This document shows positions 49,807-59,551 of a stretch of 64,000 nt of DNA, in pieces; the first letter of the stretch is position 1; the number at the start of each line of letters is the position of its first letter. Under the pieces are notes generated by a model. That model was not told the origin of the DNA. It was given only the letters and a program-made list of their open reading frames with translations, and searched no databases. The translations under genes and the position numbers were made by a program. Source of the stretch: Trueperaceae bacterium. GTDB lineage: Bacteria; Deinococcota; Deinococci; Deinococcales; Trueperaceae. Location: contig CBDCDZ010000004.1 in NCBI GenBank assembly GCA_965215565.1, positions 96,001-160,000 on the forward strand, written 5' to 3'.

Positions 49807-51477
49807 ATGAGTAACGGTACGTATGACGCTATCGTCGTCGGCGCAGGTCACAACGGTCTCGTGACGGCGCTTTACCTCGCCAAAGCAGGTTGGAAAACGC
49901 TCGTTTTGGAGCGCAACGCGCGGGTGGGCGGCGCGGTGCAGAGCGCTGAAATCACCCGCCCCGGCTTCGTCCACGACCTCTATTCAATGAACCAAAACCT
50001 CTTTTTGGCCTCGAGCGTCTACGGGGAATTCAGCAAAGATTTAGAGCGGCACGGTTTGGAGTACGCTGTCTCGGACAAGCCCTACTGCAACCTCTTCCCA
50101 GGCGGCGAGAGCGTGCGCGTCTACGGCGACGCCGATAAAACGTTGGGGCTCATCCGGGACCGCAATTCCCAAGACGCCGAAGGCTGGGGGCAGCTCTACG
50201 GGCACTACCACAAACTGCAAGAGGCGTTCTTGCCCCTCTACGGCTCGCCGCTCCCGTCAGTACAGATGGGCATGAAGGTGGCGGACGCCGTGCGCAAGGT
50301 GGGCGCGGGCGAGGTCTTAGAACTCACCCGCTTGCTGCTGAATTCCACTCGCGAACTCGGCGAGAGCTTCTTCACGACGAAAGAGATGCAAGCCGTCATC
50401 GCCACCTGGGGGATGCACCTCGACTTCGGGCCGGACGTCTCGGGCGGGGCGCAGTTCCCACTCCTAGAGACCTTTGCGGACATGGAGGAGGGGATGGCGA
50501 TCCCCAAGGGCGGCGCGTCGAAGATGCCGCAAGCCTTGGTGGGTCTCCTCCGCGAGTACGGCGGCGAGGTGCGCACAGAAGCTGAGGTCACGCGCGTCAC
50601 TACGCAGAACGGACGCGCCACCGGTGTCGAACTGGCGAGCGGCGAACGGCTGAGTGCGAAACGCGCCGTCGTCGCCAACCTCACGCCAACGGTACTCTTC
50701 GAGCGGCTGCTGCGTGACGCGCCGCTGCCCAAAGGGTTCCGCCGCGAGGTCAAGCGCTACGAGTACGGCCCCGCCACCATGATGGTTCACTTGGCGCTCC
50801 GAGGTAAGCCGCAATGGGCAGCAGGGGAAGAGATAAGCGACTTCGCCTACGTCCACATCGCGCCCTACGTCGAGGACCTAGCCCGCACCTACACAGACGC
50901 CCTGAACGGTACGCTGCCCGCGAGCCCGCTGCTCATCGTCGGGCAGCCGACTGTATTCGATCTTTCGAGAGCCCCTGACGGCCAGCACATCCTCTGGCTT
51001 CAGGTGCGCACGCTGCCCAGCACCATCCGGGGTGACGCCTTAGGCCGGATTGAAGCCCGCACCTGGGACGAGGCCAAAGAGCCCGTCGCGGAGCGCGTCT
51101 TGGACAAGCTGGAGGCGTACGCGCCGGGCATACGCGACCTCATCTTAGAGCGCGTCGTGTATTCGCCCGCCGACCTAGAGCGCCACAACCCCAACCTCGT
51201 CGGCGGCGACAGCGTAGGCGGAAGTCATCACCTGCGGCAGAACTACTTCTTTAGGCCCATCCAGGGCTGGTCGAACTACAAGATGCCCCTGACCAACCTC
51301 TGGATGGTCGGCGCGGCGACCTGGCCAGGCGGCGGCACGAACGCAACCTCGGGCTATTTGGCGGCGCAAGCACTTTTGTCTCAAGGACGCAGGCGCAAGG
51401 CGCTCGCGGGCGGCGCAGTTGGAGTTGGAGCCCTGGCGCTGGGCGCGTTCGCGGCGCAGGGTTGGACCAAACGCTGA
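49807..51477 (+). CDS. Phytoene-desaturase-family FAD oxidoreductase
   Basis: GAGHNGL, LER..RVGG, NPNLVGGD, GAATWPGGG. Confidence 0.87.
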   Translation: MSNGTYDAIVVGAGHNGLVTALYLAKAGWKTLVLERNARVGGAVQSAEITRPGFVHDLYSMNQNLFLASSVYGEFSKDLERHGLEYAVSDKPYCNLFPGGESVRVYGDADKTLGLIRDRNSQDAEGWGQLYGHYHKLQEAFLPLYGSPLPSVQMGMKVADAVRKVGAGEVLELTRLLLNSTRELGESFFTTKEMQAVIATWGMHLDFGPDVSGGAQFPLLETFADMEEGMAIPKGGASKMPQALVGLLREYGGEVRTEAEVTRVTTQNGRATGVELASGERLSAKRAVVANLTPTVLFERLLRDAPLPKGFRREVKRYEYGPATMMVHLALRGKPQWAAGEEISDFAYVHIAPYVEDLARTYTDALNGTLPASPLLIVGQPTVFDLSRAPDGQHILWLQVRTLPSTIRGDALGRIEARTWDEAKEPVAERVLDKLEAYAPGIRDLILERVVYSPADLERHNPNLVGGDSVGGSHHLRQNYFFRPIQGWSNYKMPLTNLWMVGAATWPGGGTNATSGYLAAQALLSQGRRRKALAGGAVGVGALALGAFAAQGWTKR

Positions 51478-51519
51478 CACGCCCGTCAAGAGGTCATGCG
51501 GTAGAGCGGAGGAGATTAT

Positions 51520-53913
51520 ATGAGCAGCACAGTCGGTCATACGAGCATTCAAGATATCCGTCAAGAGAGGTTGGCGCAGCTTCACACCTATTGGCGGGCA
51601 GTCAACTACCTGGGCGCGGCGCAGCTTCACCTCAAGGCAAATGCGCTCCTGCGCGAACCGCTAACGAAGGAGCACGTTAAGACGCGTATTTTAGGACATT
51701 GGGGCACGCAGCCCGGTCTGAACCTCATCTACGCGCACCTGAACCGGCTCATTCAAGATACGGACGCGGACATGATGCTCGTGACCGGGCCGGGACACGG
51801 TGCACCTGCGATTTTGGCGAATCTCTATTTGGAGGGAACTTTAGGCGAGGTGGACGAGCGGTTCCGGGTGAACGCACAAGGGATGACGAACCTCTGCAAG
51901 CTCTTCTCCTGGCCCGAAGGTCTGCCCAGCCACCTGCGCCCCTTTACGCCGGGGCAGATTCAAGAGGGCGGTGAACTCGGCTACAGCCTGGCCCACGCTT
52001 ACGGCGCAGCCTTCGACAACCCTGAACTGATCGTGGCGTGCGTCGTCGGCGACGGCGAGGCGGAGACGGGGCCTCTTGCGGCGGCCTGGCACTCGAACAA
52101 GTTCTTGAACCCCGCACGTGACGGCGCGGTGCTGCCCGTGTTGCACTTGAACGGCTACAAAATCGGCGGTTTAACGCTTCTTGGGCGCATGAGCGACGAG
52201 GAGTTGCGCAAACTTTTTGAAGGACTTGGTTATCACGTGCATTTCGTTGTGGGAGATGAACCGAGGCGTGTGCACGAGGCGTTGTGGAAGACGTTGGACA
52301 GGTGCCATGAAGAGATTCACAGGATGCGAGAGGACGCCAGAACTAATTCGAACTTCACTAAGCCTACTTTGCCGTTGATCGTTTTGCGAACCCCCAAAGG
52401 CTGGACCGGGCCGGGGAGCTTAGAAGGAAAGCCCGTCGAGGGGACCTTCCGCGCTCACGGCACGCCGCTCTCAGACCCAAAGAACGACGACGAAGAGTTC
52501 GAGACGTTGGGGGCTTGGCTAAAGAGCTACGACCCCGCATCTCTCTTTGACGAGGCTGGCGAGCCAGATGAGGCGGTGCAGTCCCTCTTGCCCGAACCGA
52601 GCAAGAGGTTGGGCCGCAGCCCGCACGCGAACGGCGGCGAGCTTCTGGTCCCGTTGACGCTGCCGAACCTCTCCGACTACGCCGCAAACGTGGATGAGCC
52701 GGGCGGCGTCGAGGCGAGCGCCACGAAAACGGTGGGCGCGTACCTGCGCGACCTCTTTAAGCACAACAGTGAAGAGAAGAACTTCCGCCTGCTCTGCCCC
52801 GACGAGATCGATTCGAACAAACTCGACGCCGTCTTCGACGTGACCGAGCGCGTCTTCACCTGGCCCCTGGAGGAGACCGACGCGCACGTCTCTAAAGAGG
52901 GCCGCGTCATGGAAATCCTCTCGGAACACACCTGTGAGGGCTGGCTCGAGGGCTACCTCACCACCGGGCGGCACGGGCTCTTCGCCTGCTACGAGGCGTT
53001 TATCACCATCATCGACTCGGTGGCGAACCAGTACGCGAAATGGCTCAAGTCGGCTAGAGATACCCCTTGGCGCAAGCCCATCGCCTCCTTGAACTACCTC
53101 TTGACCTCGCACTCCTGGCGGCAGGACCACAACGGCTACAGTCACCAGGGACCGGGCTTCATCAACACCTTACTCACCAAAAAGAACGAGGTCGTGCGCA
53201 TCTACTTGCCACCCGACGCCAACAGCTTGCTCGCCGTCACCGAACGCTGCTTGAAGAGCCGCGACCAGATCAACTTGATCATCGCCTCGAAACAGACCAT
53301 GCCGCAGTGGTTGTCCTTTAGGGAGGCGCAAGCGCACTTAGAGCGGGGCGCGTCCGTGTGGGACTGGGCGGGTCATACTGGGACCGACGAAGCGCAAGGA
53401 GAAGGAAAACCCGATATCGTGCTCGCCTGTGCGGGCGACGTACCGACGATAGAAACAATCGCGACCGCCATGCTCTTACGCCGCGATCTGCCCGAGCTGA
53501 GCGTGCGTGTGGTGAACGTCGCGAACCTCTTAGCGTTAGACCCGGAGCACCCGGACGGCTTGGACGCGGACACCTTTGTAAACCTCTTCACAGACGACGT
53601 GGACGTGACGTTTGGCTTCCACGGCTATCCCAGAGTGATTCACGAACTCATCCACCGTCGTCCGAACCCCAGCCGCTTCCACGTGCACGGCTACATCGAG
53701 GAGGGCAGCACCACGACGCCCTTTGACATGCTCGTCTTTAACCGCATGAGCCGCTTTCAGTTGGCTCTGTCCGTTTTGCGCCATACTGAGCACCGAGACT
53801 TGGCGGAGCAGAAGGCGGCGCTTAGGGAGAAGTACGAGGCGAAGCTAGAAGAGCACCGCCGCTACATCACGGAGCACGGTGAGGACCTGCCGGAGGTCGA
53901 GGGGTGGCGGTAG
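51520..53913 (+). CDS. xfp: Phosphoketolase
   Basis: GHWGT, GPGHG, EGGELGY, GDGEAETG, QDHNGYSHQ. Confidence 0.95.
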   Translation: MSSTVGHTSIQDIRQERLAQLHTYWRAVNYLGAAQLHLKANALLREPLTKEHVKTRILGHWGTQPGLNLIYAHLNRLIQDTDADMMLVTGPGHGAPAILANLYLEGTLGEVDERFRVNAQGMTNLCKLFSWPEGLPSHLRPFTPGQIQEGGELGYSLAHAYGAAFDNPELIVACVVGDGEAETGPLAAAWHSNKFLNPARDGAVLPVLHLNGYKIGGLTLLGRMSDEELRKLFEGLGYHVHFVVGDEPRRVHEALWKTLDRCHEEIHRMREDARTNSNFTKPTLPLIVLRTPKGWTGPGSLEGKPVEGTFRAHGTPLSDPKNDDEEFETLGAWLKSYDPASLFDEAGEPDEAVQSLLPEPSKRLGRSPHANGGELLVPLTLPNLSDYAANVDEPGGVEASATKTVGAYLRDLFKHNSEEKNFRLLCPDEIDSNKLDAVFDVTERVFTWPLEETDAHVSKEGRVMEILSEHTCEGWLEGYLTTGRHGLFACYEAFITIIDSVANQYAKWLKSARDTPWRKPIASLNYLLTSHSWRQDHNGYSHQGPGFINTLLTKKNEVVRIYLPPDANSLLAVTERCLKSRDQINLIIASKQTMPQWLSFREAQAHLERGASVWDWAGHTGTDEAQGEGKPDIVLACAGDVPTIETIATAMLLRRDLPELSVRVVNVANLLALDPEHPDGLDADTFVNLFTDDVDVTFGFHGYPRVIHELIHRRPNPSRFHVHGYIEEGSTTTPFDMLVFNRMSRFQLALSVLRHTEHRDLAEQKAALREKYEAKLEEHRRYITEHGEDLPEVEGWR

Positions 53914-54030
53914 GGTAAGCTCGCTTACTTGAGCCAAGTTGCAAGATTTCTATGCGGCAGAATGGGCATTTCGCGCTTTGAGCGTTAGGTCAACTAGGAT
54001 ACAACCTCGCTTTGCACTTCGCACATCCTA

Positions 54031-55008
54031 CTAGCCTGTTACAAAAAACGTTGGGAGCGGTGCCGTTTCACGAAGCTTCTGCGTCACCTCGAGCGTGACA
54101 GTAGGATGAATCTCCTCGAGCGCAAGCAGGGTTGCGCCGACGACGGGCTCTACGGAAGCGCGAACCACTTCGGCTTCAGGCAGTTCGCTACGCACCTGCG
54201 CGACCAAGGCGTCTTGTAGCAGGCTCGAGGCGTGGCGGAAGACGCCGCCCGTAAGCACGAGCGGAAAGGCGTCGGCGGCTCCCAAACCGACCTTACGCGC
54301 CGCGACGAGGGCGTAGCCGCCGAGCGCCGCGCCCTGCTGCGTCACAATGCCCTCGGCGACGGCGTCACGCGCCGCCTCATCCAAGAGTAGCGGGGCCAAG
54401 CTCGAGCGCTCCGGTTGCGCCTGGTTCCTAGTGGTAAAAACGTGCAGTAGGGCTTCGGTGTTCTCTAAGCCGAAATGCGAGAGCACCCTTTCCGTCAGAC
54501 GTGTCGGGGGCGCGAGACCGAGGTGCGACAAGTAGACAGCCCGGAGCGCACGCTCGCCCAGTTCAAAACCCCCGCCCGTGAGTTGCCAGAATGACGAGTG
54601 CCATGCCCCCCTCATCCCCCGCGCCCCCACCGCCGCGCCCGTACCGCAAGCTACCGCGACGCCGAAGTGCGGCGAGCCGCTCCGGAGCGCCCCGAGCGCG
54701 TCGTTGACTATCACAGGCGAGTGCCCGAAGCTCCAGGTACCGAGTTCGCGCCGCCAAAAGGCGAAATCTTCAGGCCAGTCCGCGCCGACCAAGCTGAAGC
54801 AGCTCGCGCTGACGTCCCGGACGCCCACCTCTGCCCTCGCCAGAGCCGCGTCCACCGCGCGGCGCACCTCCTGGACCGCGCGTATCTCCGAGCCGTAGAT
54901 GTCGCCCGCGCCGCCGCGCCCCCAGCCGAGGACTTCGCCATCTTCTGAAGCGACTAACGCGACGGTTTTCGTGTTTCCCGCGTCCACGCCCAAAACGGTG
55001 GTGCTCAT
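54031..55008 (-). CDS. BadF/BadG-type N-acetylglucosamine kinase
   Basis: GVDAGNTKT, VNDA, CGTG, LTGGVF. Confidence 0.85.
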   Translation of the reverse strand: MSTTVLGVDAGNTKTVALVASEDGEVLGWGRGGAGDIYGSEIRAVQEVRRAVDAALARAEVGVRDVSASCFSLVGADWPEDFAFWRRELGTWSFGHSPVIVNDALGALRSGSPHFGVAVACGTGAAVGARGMRGAWHSSFWQLTGGGFELGERALRAVYLSHLGLAPPTRLTERVLSHFGLENTEALLHVFTTRNQAQPERSSLAPLLLDEAARDAVAEGIVTQQGAALGGYALVAARKVGLGAADAFPLVLTGGVFRHASSLLQDALVAQVRSELPEAEVVRASVEPVVGATLLALEEIHPTVTLEVTQKLRETAPLPTFFVTG

Positions 55009-55017
55009 ACGTTCGCG

Positions 55018-55764
55018 TCAGGTAGCCCGCGCAGGCCAGGCGGCGCGGTCCACGATGACGGTGACGTGTCTGTTCTGCAGATAGGACGCGGGCAGCTCGG
55101 GGGTCACCGGTCCTTGCAAGGCGCGCCGCAGCACCTCGCGCTTGTGCCCGCCCGAGACGAGGAGAAGCGTCCTTCTCGCGCCTAGCAGCGTAGACATGCC
55201 GCAGGTCAGAGCGCGGCGCGGGACCTCGCCCTCCCAGTAGGCCGCGTTGCTGCGCAGGCTCGCCTCGGACAGCGTGACTTGACGGGTCGGGGCGTCGGCG
55301 TCGGAGGGAGGCTCGTTGAACCCTAAGTGACCGTTCGGCCCGAGACCCAGCACGGCGAGGTCCACGCCGTCGCACTCTGTCACCTCGTGGTCGTAAGCGC
55401 GGCAGGCGGCCTCTGTGTCCTCGGCGTCGCCGCGCAGCCGTACGACCTGAGTGACGCCGAGCGGCTCCACGAAGACCTCCCTCATCCAGCCGTAGAGCGA
55501 GCGCGAATCGTCCTCGCTCACCCCGACGTACTCGTCGAGTTGGAGGGCGGTGAGGTGGCGCGTCTCCAGACCTGTCCCGCGCCGCCAGGCGAGCTTCTCG
55601 TACGTCCGCAGGGGCGTGTTGCCCGTCGCAACCAGAACGCTTAGCGTGGGCTTCTCGCGGATAGCGGCGGCGATGAGGTCTGCAGCCCGTTCGCTCATCG
55701 CTTCGAGGTCGTCCTCGACGAACAGGTTCACGTTCGGTGCGCTGGGCGCTTCCTCGGGTGTCAC
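55018..55764 (-). CDS. nagB: Glucosamine-6-phosphate deaminase
   Basis: ATGNTP, LDEYVG, LGLGPNGHLGFNEP, PASYLQ. Confidence 0.9.
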   Translation of the reverse strand: MTPEEAPSAPNVNLFVEDDLEAMSERAADLIAAAIREKPTLSVLVATGNTPLRTYEKLAWRRGTGLETRHLTALQLDEYVGVSEDDSRSLYGWMREVFVEPLGVTQVVRLRGDAEDTEAACRAYDHEVTECDGVDLAVLGLGPNGHLGFNEPPSDADAPTRQVTLSEASLRSNAAYWEGEVPRRALTCGMSTLLGARRTLLLVSGGHKREVLRRALQGPVTPELPASYLQNRHVTVIVDRAAWPARAT

Positions 55765-57059
55765 GCTAAGTACCTCTCGGGGAGCCACGCACGTTGCGCG
55801 TGGGCCATCTCGTCGTAGAGCCGTTCGGCCAGCGGGAGCGACAGGACCAGCGGGTGGCTCGTAAGAGCCCGCACCGCTTCCCGACGTGCGCCTTCCCACG
55901 CCGCGTCCGCCGCGAGCCGCTGGTACTCGCCTAAAGAGGTGACGAGGCCCCGCACGTGCCTCGGCAGGCGGCCCGAGGCGAGCGGCGTCGCGCCGTGCTT
56001 GTTCACGACCGAGGGCACCTCCACCACCAGGTCGTCCGGGAAGTCGGGGAGCGCGCCCCGGTTGGGCACGTTCAGCGTCCAGACCTCCTCTCGCTCGTTG
56101 AAAATCGCATTCATCACGTCGAAAGCTAGCTCGAGTTCGAAGATGCCGCCCCTCGAGCGCGCCGGGTCGAGCTTGGGCGAAGGCGCGTGGCGTTGCTCGC
56201 GGTAGTGCTGCCAATAGCCCTCTGCCGCCGCCATGATGTCTTGCGCCCGCGTCCTCGGCTTCGCCTGCAGCTCGCGCAGCACCTCATCCTTGAAGTAGTA
56301 GTACTGGAAGTAGGCTGCGGGCACGCGCTCCATGACCGAGGCGAGGTGGAGCATCCGCTTGGCGTGAGGCTCCACGTTCGGGTCGTTTCGCTTGCGTTCG
56401 TAGGCATTTTGAACGAGCGGGATGAGGTCCTCGCCGTCGTAGCGGTGTCGCACGCTCCAGCAGGCGTGGTTGAGGCCCACCATGACGGTGTCGAGCTTGC
56501 CCGGCTCCAGGTCTGCCGCCACTGCTAGCTCCTGCGGGAAGACGATGGGGCCTTCGCACAGCGAGATGGTCTGGATGGGGCTGTGCCGCGTCACCGCGTC
56601 CGCGACGACGTTCACGGGGTTCGTGTAGTTGAGCAAGAGCGCGTCCGGGCAGACCTCTTCCATCTCCCTCACGAGGTCTTTAATGACCGCCAGCGCCCGC
56701 AGCGCCATGAAGAGCCCGCCCGGTCCCTGGGTCTCCTGCCCGATGACGCCGTGCTTTGGGGGGATGGATTCATCCAGATGCCGCGCCTCAAAGCCGCCGG
56801 GCCTGAAGGAGGAGAGCACCGCGTCGCAACCCTCCAGGGCCGCCCTGCGCTCAGTCGTGCAACTTATGGTGAGGTCGAGCCCTCGCGCCTCAGCCATGCG
56901 CCGCGCGAGCGCCGCAACTAGCTCTAAGCGCGCTTCGTCCAGATCGACGAGTACCACCTCGGAGCCTCGGAAGCGCTCTCCCTGTTTGGTAAAGGCTGCC
57001 AGCGTCCCCGGCGCGCGGGTGCTGCCCCCGCCGATGTAAGCCCATTTGATGCGTGCGAT
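55761..57059 (-). CDS. GH4 glycoside hydrolase (6-phospho-beta-glucosidase-like), apparent ATC start
   Basis: In-frame (I)ARIKWAYIGGGSTR, GQETQGPGG, NYTNP, LCEG, GLNH. Confidence 0.9.
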   Translation of the reverse strand: MARIKWAYIGGGSTRAPGTLAAFTKQGERFRGSEVVLVDLDEARLELVAALARRMAEARGLDLTISCTTERRAALEGCDAVLSSFRPGGFEARHLDESIPPKHGVIGQETQGPGGLFMALRALAVIKDLVREMEEVCPDALLLNYTNPVNVVADAVTRHSPIQTISLCEGPIVFPQELAVAADLEPGKLDTVMVGLNHACWSVRHRYDGEDLIPLVQNAYERKRNDPNVEPHAKRMLHLASVMERVPAAYFQYYYFKDEVLRELQAKPRTRAQDIMAAAEGYWQHYREQRHAPSPKLDPARSRGGIFELELAFDVMNAIFNEREEVWTLNVPNRGALPDFPDDLVVEVPSVVNKHGATPLASGRLPRHVRGLVTSLGEYQRLAADAAWEGARREAVRALTSHPLVLSLPLAERLYDEMAHAQRAWLPERYLA

Positions 57060-57424
57060 AGATGCCTCCCGGTGTGGCTAACATGTCCCTGCCACTACAA
57101 ACAGTTTGATTTTACCTCTTTGGGCTCGAGGGGAAGCGTCGGCAGCGGTGCAGGCTTTTATCACCAAGGTGAAAAAGCAGCAAGTCAGGCTATCAGCCAG
57201 TCAGCACCGTTCGTTCACTACGTGAGGACTTACGTACACCAGCTTGACTGGATTTCAGGACGAAGGCTTCGCTGACAGACTGAAATGCTGACAAGCTGAA
57301 CTGCTCTCGAGCTGTAAAGAGCAAGAAAAATCGTGTTTTAGAACGTGATGATAAAAGCTCGTCAGCGGTGTAGCGTTCGCGCCGACAGGTACTTCAGCGC
57401 AGTGAGGTATTGATACAGAACCCT

Positions 57425-58210
57425 CTAAGCGAGCACCTCGAGCCTGTCCCCCACGTGCAGCGTGCCCGGACCGCGCGGCGCGAGGTGGACGCCGAAGGTG
57501 ACGCCAGCAGGCGAGCGGCGCAAGCGGGCGAGAGTCGCTAAGGTCTCCTTGCCGTACGCGCCTGAGCGCTGGTCGACGTTGACCACCATGCAGCGCACGC
57601 AGGGCTCTAGCACGTCCAAGATCACACCGCCGAGTTTCACCACGCGCCAGCCATCCTCAGCGTAGGGTGTATCACCTTCCACCACCAGGTTAGGTCGGAA
57701 ACGCTCGGCTCCTACAGGTGTCTCCAGGTATCCGTTGAGGTGCGCCAGCGACGCCTCTGTGATGAGGTGCAGCGGGTTGCCGTCGGTCAGCGCGAGCGGG
57801 ACATCCGAGGCCGCGCCGGAGGGGAGCAGCTTCGGGCGCGCCGTCCCCTCGGGCATCCCGGCGAGCCGGTAGGGTGCGCTGAACCGCTCGGCCAGCCAGC
57901 CGCCGTCGTCAACTTGAACAGCGGGGCAGGGTTGACCGAACACCGTGGCGGAAACCTCCGGACCGTCAACCTCCAGGGGCAGCTCGAGCCGCTCTTCACC
58001 CATTCGTAGTTGCAACGTGTTACCCAACGCGACGTTCAGCCCTGCCAACCTCGGGCACTGCCGCTGTGTGACGACCTCGCCGCTCGGGTCAATGATCGCC
58101 CAGTTCCGGTCGAAGCGCAGACCGCGCGGCGTGAGGTCGGCGTCGCGCAAGGAGATACCAGACGCGGACTTAACCGGGTAGCAGTTGAGGCTCTGTAAGT
58201 AGTTGAACAT
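57425..58210 (-). CDS. MOSC-domain protein
   Basis: YPVKS, DRNW, RFRPNLVV, PCVRC. Confidence 0.9.
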   Translation of the reverse strand: MFNYLQSLNCYPVKSASGISLRDADLTPRGLRFDRNWAIIDPSGEVVTQRQCPRLAGLNVALGNTLQLRMGEERLELPLEVDGPEVSATVFGQPCPAVQVDDGGWLAERFSAPYRLAGMPEGTARPKLLPSGAASDVPLALTDGNPLHLITEASLAHLNGYLETPVGAERFRPNLVVEGDTPYAEDGWRVVKLGGVILDVLEPCVRCMVVNVDQRSGAYGKETLATLARLRRSPAGVTFGVHLAPRGPGTLHVGDRLEVLA

Positions 58211-58470
58211 GACGCTCCCTTGCCCCGAGAAAACCTTGTTGGCGGCGCACTTCTAGTCTGTGTTTCGACATTCAGTGTAGCACCGAGTACAATTCAAGTC
58301 TACTTTAGAGCGCTGAGGTACACCTCTACCCGCCGAATGTGATAGAATTCACCCGTAGACAACAGTTCAGAACGCACGGGGTAAGGGGGTCATCGGTTGG
58401 CACTATTTATAGGCATCGAACGTACAAGCGTCAGCTTAGTCGGGGGCTCGGCGGGTCGCGGTGATACCGG

Positions 58471-59550
58471 ATGAGCGCGATACGCCTCGAAGGGGTCTCT
58501 AAGCACTTCGGGCAAGAGGTGGCCCTAGAGCCGCTCGACTTGACCTTCCCCGAGGGCCAGTTCACCGTGCTCTTGGGACCGTCGGGTTGCGGCAAGACCA
58601 CCACGCTGCGCATCCTAGCGGGGCTCGAGACGCCCACCGAGGGCCGGGTCTTCTTCGGGGACCGGGACGTGACCTTCGAAGAGCCCAGAGCCCGCAATGT
58701 GGCGATGGCGTTTCAGGACTACGCCCTGTACCCACACATGAGCGTCCACCGCAACATCGCCCTCAACCTGCGCGTAGGCGGGCTGGGTAAAGCCGAGGCG
58801 GACGAGCGCGTGCGGGGCGTGGCGGAGCGCTTGGGCATCACCGAGCACCTGGACAAGCGTCCCGGTCAGCTCTCGGGCGGGCAGCAGCAGCGCGTGGCTT
58901 TGGGCCGCGCCATCGTGCGCGAGCCGCACCTCTTCCTGATGGACGAGCCTTTAAGCAACCTCGACGCCGTTTTGCGCGCGAGCATGAGAGCCGAACTCAA
59001 GAAGCTCCAGGCGACCTTAGGCGTCACCGCCGTCTACGTCACCCACGACCAGGCCGAGGCGATGGTTATGGCGGACCAGATCGTGGTGATGCAGCGGGGC
59101 CGCGTGGTGCAGCGCGGCACGCCCCGCGAAGTCTACGACCACCCCGCGACGCTCTTCGTCGCTCGCTTCGTCGGCAATCCGCCCATGAACCTCTTGAGCG
59201 GCGAGCTGCTCGGCTACGGCGCGGATGAGATGGTGGGCGTCCGCCCGGAGTACGTGAAGCTCGTCCCCGAGGGTGCGCCGGACATAGCGGGGAGGGCGCT
59301 CGAGGGCCGCGTCTCCTTCGTCGAGGACGCGGGCGGCTTGGGCTTCGCCGAACTGACCCTGCCGAACGAACAGGTCGTCACCGTCCAACTCGACCCGCGC
59401 GAGCTGCCCCGGATGGGCGAGACGCGCGCCTTGGAACTGCCCGAACCCCACCGCGTCCGCTTCGACCGCGAGACGGGGCGCGCCCTGTCTGACCCCGCTG
59501 ATTCAAGCGCAAAGAAATCCCACGTCCAAGCTCACCCTCTGGAGGTTTAA
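58471..59550 (+). CDS. Sugar ABC transporter ATPase (MalK-type)
   Basis: GPSGCGKT, LSGGQQQR, DEPLSNLD. Confidence 0.95.
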   Translation: MSAIRLEGVSKHFGQEVALEPLDLTFPEGQFTVLLGPSGCGKTTTLRILAGLETPTEGRVFFGDRDVTFEEPRARNVAMAFQDYALYPHMSVHRNIALNLRVGGLGKAEADERVRGVAERLGITEHLDKRPGQLSGGQQQRVALGRAIVREPHLFLMDEPLSNLDAVLRASMRAELKKLQATLGVTAVYVTHDQAEAMVMADQIVVMQRGRVVQRGTPREVYDHPATLFVARFVGNPPMNLLSGELLGYGADEMVGVRPEYVKLVPEGAPDIAGRALEGRVSFVEDAGGLGFAELTLPNEQVVTVQLDPRELPRMGETRALELPEPHRVRFDRETGRALSDPADSSAKKSHVQAHPLEV

Positions 59551-59551
59551 T

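Noticed and set aside
55765..56214. Long N-terminal extension of NagB in the ORF track
   Set aside because: It overlaps GH4 in another frame; real start is the GTG overlapping the GH4 stop
58320..58470. Possible riboswitch upstream of the sugar ABC operon
   Set aside because: No recognisable aptamer consensus or terminator
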